A model generated the notes under the pieces. The model was not told the origin of the DNA and did not search any database. It saw nothing but the letters and a program-made list of their open reading frames with translations. Below, piece by piece: positions 28,462 through 39,040 of a DNA stretch of 64,000 nt (positions within the stretch are counted from its first letter, which is position 1; each line of letters begins with the position of its first letter). Location of the stretch: NCBI GenBank assembly GCA_963850305.1, contig CAWKKR010000008.1, positions 896,001 through 960,000 on the forward strand, given 5' to 3'. Both the position numbers and the translations under genes were made by a program. Source of the stretch: an uncultured delta proteobacterium. Its GTDB lineage: Bacteria > Myxococcota_A > Polyangia > Polyangiales > Polyangiaceae.

Positions 28462-29538
28462 TCATCTCGCGCCCTGGCTCTTCTTCAGCTCTTCCACCAG
28501 CGTTCGAACGAGCTCCGCGCCGGGCAGCGCGCGCGCCAGGGCAGCACCTTGTCCGGCGAATTGCGGCGCGTATCCCGCGGTGTTCGTGGCGCGGGCCGCC
28601 CGCGCCAGTGCCTTGGTTGCCGAGTAGGCGAGCGGAAAGTCGGGGACGATGTCTCCGGCGAGGTTCGCCACGAAGTCCGTGAGGTGGTTCGCAAGGGCGC
28701 GCGCGGGCCGGCCCGAGCAGGCGCGTGTCATCGAGGTGTGCACGCCGCTTGCGACGAGCGCTCGACGATGTTCGTCGCTGGCGGAAGACTCGGGGCACGC
28801 GATGAACGCGGTGCCGAGCTGCGCGGCGCCCGCGCCGAGCGCGAGAACGGTGGCGACGCCAGCACCGTCCATGATGCCCCCCGCGGGGATGACCGGAACG
28901 CCCGCGTGTTCGACGAGGAGTCGCGTGAGCGCGTGGGTCCCGAGGCGCTCATCGGACGCGTCCGCATCGAACACGCCGCGGTGACCACCGGCTTCGAAGC
29001 CCTGCGCGACAATCGCGTCCACGCCGGCGCGCGCCAGCGTTCGGGCCTCCTCGAGGTTCGTCGCGGTCGCGAAGAGAACGATATTCGAGGCCCGGAGCGC
29101 GTCGAGCGTCGTAACCGGAGGCACCCCGAAGTGGAAGCTGACGACGGGCGGCTTCTCCTCGAGCAGCATGGCGAGCATCGCGTCGTCGTCGAGAAAGCTC
29201 GCGTTCGGCGCGGTCAGCGTCTCGGGGGGTGGGGCGCCGAGTTCGGAGAACAGCGGCGCAAGTGCGGCGAGCCACCGGGCTTCGCGTTCCACATCGGGAC
29301 GAGGGGCTCGATGACAGAAGACGTTGACGTTGAACGCGCGACGCGTGAGCGCTCGAATGGCGCGGATCTGGCGCCGTGCTTCTGCGACCGCCGTCGCACC
29401 GATCCCGATCGAACCGAGGCCTCCCGCGTCGGACACGGCGGCGGCAAGCTCCGGCGTCGAGACGCCCGCCATCGGTGCCAGGACGATCGGCACGCGCATT
29501 TCGAGACGGTCGAAAACGGACGTCATGGGCGTCAACAT
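28462..29538 (-). CDS. Nitronate monooxygenase family flavoprotein
   Basis: PIVLAPMAG, VSFHFG, QGFEAGGHRG, AGGIMDG and QLGTAF. Confidence 0.92.
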   Translation of the reverse strand: MLTPMTSVFDRLEMRVPIVLAPMAGVSTPELAAAVSDAGGLGSIGIGATAVAEARRQIRAIRALTRRAFNVNVFCHRAPRPDVEREARWLAALAPLFSELGAPPPETLTAPNASFLDDDAMLAMLLEEKPPVVSFHFGVPPVTTLDALRASNIVLFATATNLEEARTLARAGVDAIVAQGFEAGGHRGVFDADASDERLGTHALTRLLVEHAGVPVIPAGGIMDGAGVATVLALGAGAAQLGTAFIACPESSASDEHRRALVASGVHTSMTRACSGRPARALANHLTDFVANLAGDIVPDFPLAYSATKALARAARATNTAGYAPQFAGQGAALARALPGAELVRTLVEELKKSQGAR

Positions 29539-29732
29539 AGCGGCGAACGTTCTGGGCCGCAGGACGGGCGCCCCGCGCAGCGGTGTGTGTAGATTCCTGC
29601 GCACGTCGCGCGAAAGTCACACGGCGTGGTGAAACGGCAACGGCTCCCGTCCGTCGTTCAGGGCGGGCGAGGCCGTTGCCTGCTAATTTTCAAGCGCCTG
29701 ACCTGGGCACACCGGTTGCTAGAGGTCGCGGC

Positions 29733-30506
29733 ATGTCCTTGCGTCGCACACTCCTCGTGTTCTTCTCTCTCGCTCTGTGCGCGACAGCGCCGACGCGCGT
29801 CCACGCTGCAACGGACGTGGAAGGGGTCGCGTATGGCGGCGAGACCTCGGGAAACTGGGGCTGTGGGCCCGCGGCGCATGCCGTCTACGGCGGGGTCGGC
29901 GCGCGCGTTCGTGTTTCGGAGAGCTCGGGTCGATTCGGGGGCAGCGGTTACACGGCGGAAGTCGCAGGGGCGGCGGAACACGAGTCGACGTCGATCGAGC
30001 CGTGCGCGACCTGCGACGCGAGCGACGAGATCGCGCCACCGGACAAGGTGATGTTTGGCGCGCACGCACGCGCCGGGTACCAGTGGAAATACGTCGGCGT
30101 GGAAGCCGGGGGCACGGTGTATCAGGGGCTTAGCCACAACACGGACAGCGCGCCGAGCATCGGCTTCTCTCCGGACGCGGAGCTTCGCATCGGGCCGCGT
30201 GAGGTGTTGCGCGGGGTCATCGGAGTGGGGAGTCCGCTCGTGACGACCCTCCGGCGCCCCGGGTTTTACCTGGGTGGCGACGTTGCACTCGGCCCTGTCG
30301 ATCTCGAGGGCCGGCTCGGACAGTATCGATCGGGGCCGGCCATCAACGACTGGCTCGGTCTTCGCGACGTGAGAGGCATTCGCGGGGACCTGGTCGCGCT
30401 CGTTCCCGTCGTTCCACGGCTCGAGTTGCGCCTCGGTGCGAGCGCCAGCCACGACGATTCAGGGCCGGGCGGGGAGGGCAGCATCGGGCTGCAAGGGTCG
30501 CTCTAG
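29733..30506 (+). CDS. Secreted hypothetical protein, probable beta-barrel
   Basis: Signal peptide ending VHA, alternating Gly/hydrophobic strands, C-terminus SIGLQGSL. Confidence 0.65.
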   Translation: MSLRRTLLVFFSLALCATAPTRVHAATDVEGVAYGGETSGNWGCGPAAHAVYGGVGARVRVSESSGRFGGSGYTAEVAGAAEHESTSIEPCATCDASDEIAPPDKVMFGAHARAGYQWKYVGVEAGGTVYQGLSHNTDSAPSIGFSPDAELRIGPREVLRGVIGVGSPLVTTLRRPGFYLGGDVALGPVDLEGRLGQYRSGPAINDWLGLRDVRGIRGDLVALVPVVPRLELRLGASASHDDSGPGGEGSIGLQGSL

Positions 30507-30732
30507 CCGCCTCGAAAGCCGCGCCGACGATGGCGGCTCGGCTCTTCGAGGGCAGCTGGCCGCCCGCCGCTTGCATTCCGGTGACTTCGAAACTTTTCAA
30601 TCCCTCTGCGTGGATGCACCGCGGCGTGATCGCGGCACGCAACCAGGGTACACATTCAAGCATCGGGCGGCGCGCACTCGCTCGATCCTCGCTGGGACGA
30701 TCCAGTTCGATCTCCTATCTTCAAAGGTTCGA

Positions 30733-32082
30733 ATGAAGCTCATCAAATACTTTGCGGCGTTGGTCGGCGTGTCCTTCGCCTTCGGCCCGTGGGCCTGTTC
30801 ACCGAGCACGGGCTCGAACAAGCTGGGGCAGACCAGTGGCTCCGGCGCGAACGGCGCCGGTGCGAACGGCAGCGGCGCGAACGGCGCGGGCGCGAACGGC
30901 AGCGGTTCGACGAACGGGAGCGGAGCGAACAACGGCGCGGGCGCCGGGTTCATCGGCTTCGATACCGGCGGAGGGAGCGGCACACAATCGACGCCCGACG
31001 GCGCTTGCTACGGAACCGCGTCGCAACCCGAACAGATCTACATCGACGCAACCGTCACCGACACGATCACCACGTACAGCCCCGTCGCGGTGTTCATCAT
31101 GCTCGATCGCTCGGGAAGCATGGTCACGGGCTTTCCGACGGGCAGTGCCGCCAGCTGGGGCAACGTGACGAACGCGCTCACGTCGTTCGTGCACGATCCA
31201 TCGTCTCAGAGTCTCGACGTCGGACTCGGTTTTTTCCCGCCGCTGACAGGAGCCGGAAATTGCGACGGTTCGGATTGTGGCGTTCCAGCGGTCGACATCG
31301 GGCCGCTCTCGCAGACGGCTCCGGCCATTGTCTCCGCGATGAACAACGACGCTCCACAGCCCCTGAACTTCACGCCCACCGAGTGCGCGCTCCGGGGCAT
31401 GGAATCGGCGTGCGAGACGTACACCAAGAACTCGAACGGCGAGCAGTGCATCGCCGTGTTCATCACTGACGGCACGCCGGACCAGTGCGACGGCAACACG
31501 ACCAATCTCGCCAACATCGTCGCGGCCGGGCTGACGGCTGGAGTCAAGACGTTCACGCTGCAGCTCCCGGGTGTCACGGATCCGGCGTTCCTCGATCAGC
31601 TCGCGCAGGCCGGCGGCACGGGGCAATCCATCAATGCCTCCACGGGCTCGAACGCGGACATCACCAACGCCCTGATCACCGCGCTCGACACGATCCGCGC
31701 GAAGACCACGACGAGCGAAACGACGCACATCAAGAAGACGATCACGAAGCCGCTCGATTGCCAGTGGAAGATCCCCGCGGCGCCCGGCAGCAACACGTTC
31801 GATCCGCAGAAGGTCAACATGAGTTACATCGACGGCCCCACCAACATCACGACGCCGCTGGGTCATCTGACGCCGTCCGCGGGAGAGACCGCCGTGAACC
31901 CGGCCACGGACTGCAACATCCCTACCCCCCAGGGCGACTATGGCGTCTGGTACTACACGCCGAACGACACGGCACCGACGGAGATCCAGGTGTGCCCGAG
32001 CACGTGCACTTCGCTCCAGGCGTCCACCACGGGCACCGTGTCCATCGACTTCGGGTGCAAGACGAACGACATCTTGCACTGA
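30733..32082 (+). CDS. vWA (MIDAS) domain lipoprotein
   Basis: Lipobox-like PWAC, GANG repeats, FIMLDRSGSM, TPTECAL, ITDGTP and a Cys-rich C-terminus. Confidence 0.85.
   Translation: MKLIKYFAALVGVSFAFGPWACSPSTGSNKLGQTSGSGANGAGANGSGANGAGANGSGSTNGSGANNGAGAGFIGFDTGGGSGTQSTPDGACYGTASQPEQIYIDATVTDTITTYSPVAVFIMLDRSGSMVTGFPTGSAASWGNVTNALTSFVHDPSSQSLDVGLGFFPPLTGAGNCDGSDCGVPAVDIGPLSQTAPAIVSAMNNDAPQPLNFTPTECALRGMESACETYTKNSNGEQCIAVFITDGTPDQCDGNTTNLANIVAAGLTAGVKTFTLQLPGVTDPAFLDQLAQAGGTGQSINASTGSNADITNALITALDTIRAKTTTSETTHIKKTITKPLDCQWKIPAAPGSNTFDPQKVNMSYIDGPTNITTPLGHLTPSAGETAVNPATDCNIPTPQGDYGVWYYTPNDTAPTEIQVCPSTCTSLQASTTGTVSIDFGCKTNDILH
30844..30906 (+). repeat. 15-bp coding tandem repeat (GANGA/GANGS)
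   Basis: GCGAACGGC at 30847, 30862, 30877 and 30892. Confidence 0.85.
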
Positions 32083-32100
32083 GACCGAGTCGGGGCTCTG

Positions 32101-33351
32101 TCAGAGCACCTGGCGCGGATCTATGTCGACGCGGGGTTTCGTCCCCGCCGTGCCCTTCGACAGATAAGCGACCGCCTCGCCCAGGCCGTCGATCGTCAGG
32201 TGGTACATCGGGAACACCTGACGGACGACCTCGCACGTGCCGCCGGCCCAGTACTGGGGTGGATCGGGGTTGAGCCAGACCGCGCGATCGAATCGATCGG
32301 CAAGGACGAGCAACCAGTCGAGTCCCGTGAGCGGACGGCCGTCGGCGCGACGGAGCTCGGAACCCCAGGGCCCCGTCGACATCAGCTCACCGGGCGCCAT
32401 GGCGGCGTCGCCCACGATGACGACCTTCCATCTCTGGTTCACGACCTCGAGCAGATCCGTCACTTCGATCGGGTTCATGAGGTTGTCGCTCGTGAAGAGC
32501 CGTCCATAAACCGTGTTGTGAAAGTAGTAGGTCTTGAGCTCGCGGAAGTTCGAGGCACGCTTCGCGGCGCTGAAGAGCTGCGAGCACGTGTGCGCGAACG
32601 GGTCCATCGAGCCCCCGACGTCCATGAGGAGCAGGACGCGCACGTTGCTCTTCTTCGGCGGACGCATGACGAGCTCGAGCTCGCCGAAGGCGCGCGCCGT
32701 CGCGTCAATCGACGCTTCCACGTCGAGTTCCTCTTCGAACCCCTCGCGGGTGAACTGACGGAGCTTGCGGAGCGCAACCTCGATCTGCCGTACATCGAGG
32801 ACGACATCCGAGCGGTACGGACGATACTTCCGTGCATCCGCCATTCCGATCGCGCCGGAGCCCTTGTTGTTCGTCGACCCGCCGGCGCGAACGCTCATGC
32901 CGTTCGGGTTCTCCCCACCCTGGCCGAACGGGCTCGTCCCGCCGGTGCCGATGTACCGGTTGCCGCCTTCGTGGCGTTCCTTCTGATCCCTCAACCGCTG
33001 CTCGAAGAGGGCTCGCACCTCTTCCGGCGTCAGGTCCTTGAACGCCGCGATCTGCTCGGGCGTGAGGTTCTCGAGAACCTTGGGATCTTTCAGCCACTCC
33101 TCGAGCTGGTCGAAGAAGTCCTTGGCCTTCGTTTCTATGCCGCGAAAGTGAGCGAGGAACGCTTCATCGAACCGATCCAGATCGGATTCGCGATGCACCA
33201 TGAGTGAACGGGCGAGAAAATAGAACCCGTCGAGAGTGTCGCCGTGAAGACCGAGCGACACCGCCTTCGCGAGCCCGACGATCTCCTGCGTGCCGACCTT
33301 GAGCTTGCGCTTGCGGAGCTCGTAGAGGAACGGAACGAGGAGATTGCTCAT
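32101..33351 (-). CDS. CoxE-like vWA domain protein
   Basis: HEGGNRYIGTGGTSPFG, LLMDVGGSM, YYFHN, IVGDAAMAP and VWLNP. Confidence 0.88.
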   Translation of the reverse strand: MSNLLVPFLYELRKRKLKVGTQEIVGLAKAVSLGLHGDTLDGFYFLARSLMVHRESDLDRFDEAFLAHFRGIETKAKDFFDQLEEWLKDPKVLENLTPEQIAAFKDLTPEEVRALFEQRLRDQKERHEGGNRYIGTGGTSPFGQGGENPNGMSVRAGGSTNNKGSGAIGMADARKYRPYRSDVVLDVRQIEVALRKLRQFTREGFEEELDVEASIDATARAFGELELVMRPPKKSNVRVLLLMDVGGSMDPFAHTCSQLFSAAKRASNFRELKTYYFHNTVYGRLFTSDNLMNPIEVTDLLEVVNQRWKVVIVGDAAMAPGELMSTGPWGSELRRADGRPLTGLDWLLVLADRFDRAVWLNPDPPQYWAGGTCEVVRQVFPMYHLTIDGLGEAVAYLSKGTAGTKPRVDIDPRQVL

Positions 33352-33366
33352 GACGAGCGTGATCTA

Positions 33367-34924
33367 TCACAAACTGTCGCCCTCGCCGCAGGTCGGGTTG
33401 CCGGGCGTCGAGGCGCGAACGTCGTAGTCGCCGGGCGACACCGTGTAAGGCACCACGACGTGGCCGGCGTAACGGCCGTCCGCGTTGGTCACGAGAGTGC
33501 CCAGAGGCACACGCCCCTGCGCAACGCCGGCCTTCGGATCGAGAAAGAGATCGACTCGCGCTTCTGCGCACGGGCTACCACCCGCCTGAATTCGTCCCGA
33601 CAGCGCGATACGGTTGCCGCGGCGAGCGTCCGAGTCCCCGAGATGAATCGTGACGAGCGCCCGGGGCCGTCGATCCTCGGGCTCGGCGCGTGGCTCCTCG
33701 GCAGCCGTGGTCGCCGCCGGGACCTGGGTCGCCGGCGGCGCGGCTTCCGCGCGATCCTTGACGGCGAGAGCCCGCGCGCGATCGGCCATGGCCTGTCCGC
33801 TCTGGGCGCCGGCGGGCCACTCGAAGGGATCGCGCGGCGGGAGGTACGCAATGCGGCCGACGTCCGACGAGTCCAGGTGGTCCGCGGCGCCGCCGAGATC
33901 GACGCGATGCCAGCGAACACCATCGAAGACCTCGACCCAGGCGTGCGCCTCATTGTGCACGAAGCGCGACGGGATGCCGAGCGCGAGCGCCGTCACGACG
34001 AAGGCATACGAACGATGGCGGCAAACTCCCTTGCGCGAGATCGCAAGATCCTCGTAGAGCGCCGCCCCGCTCGATCGCGGGCGCGCGTTCGACGGCGCGA
34101 AGCCGCGGAAGTACCGGACGAGGATGCCGAGGGCTTCCGCGGGCCCGGTGCCGTCGACGACCCCGATTCTGACGCGCAATGCGGACGCCTTCGGTCTTCA
34201 CGCTTGCGGGCAGCGGCGGAGCGAAGCGCCAGAGTCGGGTCCAGTCGACGTCCGCGAAGGAGCTACCGAACACGGCTCGATCGACCGCGATGTGCAGGAC
34301 GAGTCGCACGCGGCCGGGCCGGTCGCCCTTGATGAACCAGTTGTCCGCGCCATCGTGGAAGAGTTGAACGTGGGTCTCCGGAACGGTGCGAACCGCGAGT
34401 AATCGAGCGCCGGGCCCCACGGTGGGCACTCGCACCGCGTCCGCTCCGTCGAAATTCACCTCGAAATCGGCGTAGAACTGATCGTCCTCGGGGCGAGCCG
34501 TGCCCCCGATAGCGACGCGGGTCTGCGACGGGTCGCGGACGATGAGATCGAAATTGGGGTTCACCGAGTCGTACGCGAACTCCCTCTTGAACGGCGCGAT
34601 GCCGGGGGTGAACGGATCGTCGTACGAGACCGTCTGGGGTCGGGTCGTATCCGAATCGGCGTGGTACGAGGTTTCCGGTCGGGCCGCGTCGCGATCGGAA
34701 CCGTACACGACGCCCTTGCGGCCCGACGCGCCGGCGAGGTCCGGCGACGACACGGGGCCGCTCTGGGTTTCGATCGCGGCCGCCATGGACCCGTCCTGCG
34801 TCGTGGCGCCGAGCCGTAAATCGTCGGCCGGGTCCGGAGCGATGTACTCGTGGAGCACGACGTTGCCGAGAGCGTCGCCCGGGAACATGGCCACGACCGC
34901 GGCCAGCGCGACGACCCAGCGCAT
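33367..34924 (-). pseudogene. Secreted transglutaminase-like protein with a +1 frameshift (possibly a sequencing error)
   Basis: The N-half has a signal peptide and reads to GVRIARQ. The C-half resumes IGVVDG and has GVCRHRS...HAWVEV...VD (Cys-His-Asp). Extra A at about 34167-34168. Confidence 0.8.
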
Positions 34925-34938
34925 CTCGCGAAAGGGTA

Positions 34939-35232
34939 TCACTTCCAGGAATTCGGCGACGGCCGGGGCTCCCACCTTCCCGGCACCCAGACGCCGTGAA
35001 TGCCGTCATCGTGATAGTAACCGTCCACCCAGACCACGTCGCCGGGCGGGCGCGCGGGTCGCGCCTGCGCGGGCGCGCATTCGCCGCTCATGCCCGGGAT
35101 GCCGCTCCGCGAAGGACGCTCCCCGTTTGCGCGCGCGACGTCGAGACGTGACGGCGGGCGCTGCGTGCCAACCACGCAGCCTGCCGGGAGTGACGCCGAA
35201 AGAACGATGTAAATGAGGTTCCGCACGACCAA
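34939..35232 (-). CDS. Small lipoprotein with YXWGXW-like motif
   Basis: LPAGC lipobox-like sequence and VWVDGYY...VWVPGRW. Start is uncertain. Confidence 0.55.
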   Translation of the reverse strand: MVVRNLIYIVLSASLPAGCVVGTQRPPSRLDVARANGERPSRSGIPGMSGECAPAQARPARPPGDVVWVDGYYHDDGIHGVWVPGRWEPRPSPNSWK

Positions 35233-35365
35233 AAGGGCTCCCGCGCGCCGAGGCTACCGCGATACGTGGGGCCGATCGCATCGGTATCGGGTCAGGGGGC
35301 CTCCAGAAAGCCGCCCCGGACGGACCGCGTTTCGGCGACGCCACCCAGGATGCTACCCTGCCGCC

Positions 35366-36499
35366 ATGAAAACGGTTCTGGCCGCGGAGCTCGACGGGCT
35401 TCCGGCGGCGATGACGCAACGGCTGGCGGCGCATGGGTTCGACCGCGCGCAGTTCATCGAGCTTGCCGCCAAACTGGCGGCGTCGACGCCGAACGAGAAC
35501 CGGGTGCGGGGGGACGTGACGGTGCCGTCCGCAGAAGACCTCGTGAACCTGCCGGCGCCCGGCAGCCCCGAGGAGAAGCGCTGTCGCGACCGTGGCCTCG
35601 CGCTGCTCGCAGAAGGGCGGTGCGCGCTCGTCGTGCTGGCGGGCGGAATGGCAACTCGCATGGGCAGCGTGGTCAAGGCCCTCGTCGAGGCGCTTCCGGG
35701 TCGCACGTTTCTGGACCTCAGGCTCGGCGAGCAGCGAGCCGTGGAGCGGCTCACGGGACGCAAGGTACCGCTCTGGCTCATGACGAGCGCCTCGACGGAC
35801 GGCGCGATCCGCGAGGCGCTCGGCACTCGCATCGACGGCGCGCACCTCGCAGCCTTTCCGCAACGTCTGTCCGTGCGCCTGACGCCGGATGGACAACTCT
35901 TCCGTCAAGACGACGGCGACCCGAGCGAATACGCGCCCGGCCACGGCGACTTCGTCGACGCGCTACGGGACAGTGGCCTGCTGACAAGCTTTCTCGCGCG
36001 CGGAGGCACGACGGTCACGGTCGCGAACCTCGACAACCTCGGCGCGACACTCGATCCGGTCTTGCTCGGGTTGCATGCGGAGCGCGCGCGGCCGGTCACG
36101 TGCGAGGTCGTGGACAAGCACGAGGGCGATCGCGGCGGTATCCCGGTCCGCTGCGGCGGTCGGACGATCGTGCTCGAGGAGTTTCGTCTGCCCGAGAACT
36201 TCGACGGCGCGAGCGTCCGCGTCTTCAGCACGAATACATTTCACTTCGACGCGCGGTCGCTTGCAAACTATGCCTTGCCCTGGACCTACTTCATCGTGAA
36301 CAAGAAAGTCGACGGCCGTCCCGTGATTCAATTCGAGCGCTTGATCAACGAGCTGACGAGCCATCTGGACACGACGTACGTCCGGGTGCCTCGTGAGTCT
36401 GCGGCGTCACGCTTCCTGCCAGTGAAGGATCGGGACGAGCTCGCGAACCGGAGGGACGAGATCGAGTCGGTCGCCCGTGCGCGAGGCATGCTCGTTTGA
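35366..36499 (+). CDS. UDPGP-family (eukaryote-like) UTP--sugar-1-phosphate uridylyltransferase
   Basis: LAGGMATRMG..VK, LMTS, PGHGD, NLDNLGA and IQFE. Confidence 0.85.
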   Translation: MKTVLAAELDGLPAAMTQRLAAHGFDRAQFIELAAKLAASTPNENRVRGDVTVPSAEDLVNLPAPGSPEEKRCRDRGLALLAEGRCALVVLAGGMATRMGSVVKALVEALPGRTFLDLRLGEQRAVERLTGRKVPLWLMTSASTDGAIREALGTRIDGAHLAAFPQRLSVRLTPDGQLFRQDDGDPSEYAPGHGDFVDALRDSGLLTSFLARGGTTVTVANLDNLGATLDPVLLGLHAERARPVTCEVVDKHEGDRGGIPVRCGGRTIVLEEFRLPENFDGASVRVFSTNTFHFDARSLANYALPWTYFIVNKKVDGRPVIQFERLINELTSHLDTTYVRVPRESAASRFLPVKDRDELANRRDEIESVARARGMLV

Positions 36500-39036
36500 C
36501 CCGGCGAATTCGACGAGTCGCGTTCGGCGCCCTCGCAACGACCTGTGCGTTCTTCGTCACGTCGACCGGGGGCGCGGAGCCGGCACCCATCGAGCCCGGG
36601 CGCGTGCCGGCGCTCGGACGGAGCGTCGCCGGCACCGACGACTCGACGGCGCTGATCTTGAACCCCGCGAACCTCGCATACGCGCCAGGGAGCGAGCTGC
36701 GCTGGCAGGGGATGTACCTCGGTGAAAATCTGACCGTGCCCTGGCAGGGCCACGCCTTCACGCTTGCCTTGAAGCTTCCGTTCTCCTTCGCCACGGCCTT
36801 TCGAGTCGATCTGATCAATCCGCCCCGCGACGCGTTCGGGACCACCGGGCTCTCGACGAACTACGAGTGGCTGACGTGGGGACTCGCGTATCAGGCTTCG
36901 GACGCCCTCGCCTTCGGCGCTTCCGTTCAACACGCGTACTCGAAGGGCATCGTCGCGAACTCCCTCGGCTCGTACACCCTCGGGCTCTCGGCGCGCCCCA
37001 CCAACGCGCTCGGGCTGTCCTTCGTCGCCTCCGACGTCAACGGACCTCTGGAGGGACCTTCCCTCGGCGCGCTCGCCGCTCTCGGCGCACCCAACGTCTC
37101 ACTCGGGCCATCTCTGACCACCGCGCTTGCCATCCGCCCGGTGGGCACCCGGGCGTTCGAAATCGGGCTCGAAGGACGTTATCTGTCGGAGCCTCAGGTC
37201 TGGGAGCCGCGCGCGACGCTCGGCATCGACATCCCCGAGGTCGGTCGATTGAGAGGCGAGTTCACGGTCGACGATCCCGGGGCGCACGATCCCTCGTGGC
37301 TCGCCTCGCTGTCGCTGTCCATCTACTCCAACGCATCCGTCGGTTCGACCGACGTCGAAGGGGGTGCCGTGACGGGAACCGCGCTGGGCGCGCGCGGCTC
37401 TTATGACTTCTTCAACGACGTCGCCATCCGGACGTTCCGCGAACCCACGGGGCTCGGCGCACCGCGGATTGCCGCTCGCATCCGCATCGAGACGACGCCT
37501 GACGCTCGCGCTCACGTCGCGCTACTGCGGAAGCTCTGGAGCCTTTCCGAGGAGCACGACGTCGCCGCGGTCGTGCTCGAACTGCGAACGGCTCCGGCGG
37601 ACTCCATGGCTCATGTGCAGGAGCTGCGCGACGCAGTGGCGCTCCTGCGGGCACGCGGCAAGAAGGTAGTTTGCCATCTCGAGGACGCACCGGGCGCCGC
37701 GCTCTATCTCTGCGCCGCCGCCGACCGCATCGTCATGAGTCCGGCTGGAGGCTTGCGCTTCGCAGGCCTTCGCACCCAGCACTATTACCTCGCCGACCTG
37801 CTCGACAATCTCGGGATCAAAGCCGACTTCGTGAGGATCGGCGCGCACAAGAGCGCGCCGGAGCAGTTCACGCGCACCGGACCTTCGGATGCTTCGCGAA
37901 ACGACAGCGTCGATTTGCTCCAGCAAAATGAGCGCTGGTTCACCGGCGACATCGCGCACGATCGCGGAATTCCAGTCAACGAGCTGCGCGCGAGATTCGC
38001 GAGCGGGCCGTTCGTCGCTTCGGAAGCGAAAGCTGCAAACCTCGTGGACGGTCTCGCCTTCGACGACGAGACGGACGCGGTCGTGGACAAGCTCCTCGGC
38101 GAGCCCGTGAAGCTGATCGACGCGGATCGCGCGACGGTCGCACCGGAGCGATTCGGCCGTCAGCGCGGGATCGCGCTCGTATACGTCGACGGGGACATCA
38201 TCGATGGCAGAAGCCACACGATCCCGCTCATCGGCACCCAGCTCGTCGGCTCTTACACGATGACGGAAACCCTGAAGCAGGTTCGCGAAGATCCCCTCGT
38301 CGGAGCGGTCGTGTTGCGTATCGAATCCCCCGGCGGATCCTCCGTCGCCTCCGATGCGATGTGGCGTGAGGTCAAGCTGACCGCCCAGGTGAAGCCCGTC
38401 ATCGTCAGCATGGGAGACGTCGCGGCGAGCGGCGGCTACTACATCGCCTCTCCCGCAACGCGGATCCTCGCCAATCCTCTCACCATCACCGGCAGCATCG
38501 GCGTATTCTACGGCAAGGCCGACATCAGCGGCCTGCTCCGCAAGATCGGCGTGGGCGTCGAGGTTTTCAAGACCGCACCACGCGCGGACGCGGAGTCGCT
38601 CTACCGGGCGTTCACGGACGACGAGCGCGCGGAGCTCGTGCGGAAGGTGGGACAATTTTACGACATCTTCCTGAACCGGGTCGCCGACGGCCGCCACATG
38701 ACAGAGGAGGCGGTCGATCGGATCGGGCAAGGGCGCGTCTGGACGGGAGAACAGGCCAAGATGAACGGTCTCGTCGATGAGCTCGGTGGCCTGCGGCAGG
38801 CCCTCGGGGAGGCACGTCATCTCGCCGGCCTCGGGGAGAGCGCTCCCATCGTCGAGCTCCCCACGATCCACAGGTCGCTCCTCGGACGCCTGCTCGGCAT
38901 CGACGGCATCCACGCTGGCGTCGAGGAACGATTGCCCGCGGGTGTGCTCAATCTGGCGCGGGCGATGGCACCATTTCTCGAAGAATCGAGTGACGAGCCG
39001 ATGTCGCGCCTCGAGCTCGCACCGATCGAGCCGTGA
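36496..39036 (+). CDS. sppA: Signal peptide peptidase SppA with N-terminal beta-rich extension
   Basis: Tandem S49 domains: [35 protein letters not shown] and GRVWTG. 4-nt overlap with the upstream gene. Confidence 0.9.
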   Translation: MTRRIRRVAFGALATTCAFFVTSTGGAEPAPIEPGRVPALGRSVAGTDDSTALILNPANLAYAPGSELRWQGMYLGENLTVPWQGHAFTLALKLPFSFATAFRVDLINPPRDAFGTTGLSTNYEWLTWGLAYQASDALAFGASVQHAYSKGIVANSLGSYTLGLSARPTNALGLSFVASDVNGPLEGPSLGALAALGAPNVSLGPSLTTALAIRPVGTRAFEIGLEGRYLSEPQVWEPRATLGIDIPEVGRLRGEFTVDDPGAHDPSWLASLSLSIYSNASVGSTDVEGGAVTGTALGARGSYDFFNDVAIRTFREPTGLGAPRIAARIRIETTPDARAHVALLRKLWSLSEEHDVAAVVLELRTAPADSMAHVQELRDAVALLRARGKKVVCHLEDAPGAALYLCAAADRIVMSPAGGLRFAGLRTQHYYLADLLDNLGIKADFVRIGAHKSAPEQFTRTGPSDASRNDSVDLLQQNERWFTGDIAHDRGIPVNELRARFASGPFVASEAKAANLVDGLAFDDETDAVVDKLLGEPVKLIDADRATVAPERFGRQRGIALVYVDGDIIDGRSHTIPLIGTQLVGSYTMTETLKQVREDPLVGAVVLRIESPGGSSVASDAMWREVKLTAQVKPVIVSMGDVAASGGYYIASPATRILANPLTITGSIGVFYGKADISGLLRKIGVGVEVFKTAPRADAESLYRAFTDDERAELVRKVGQFYDIFLNRVADGRHMTEEAVDRIGQGRVWTGEQAKMNGLVDELGGLRQALGEARHLAGLGESAPIVELPTIHRSLLGRLLGIDGIHAGVEERLPAGVLNLARAMAPFLEESSDEPMSRLELAPIEP

Positions 39037-39040
39037 CCGG

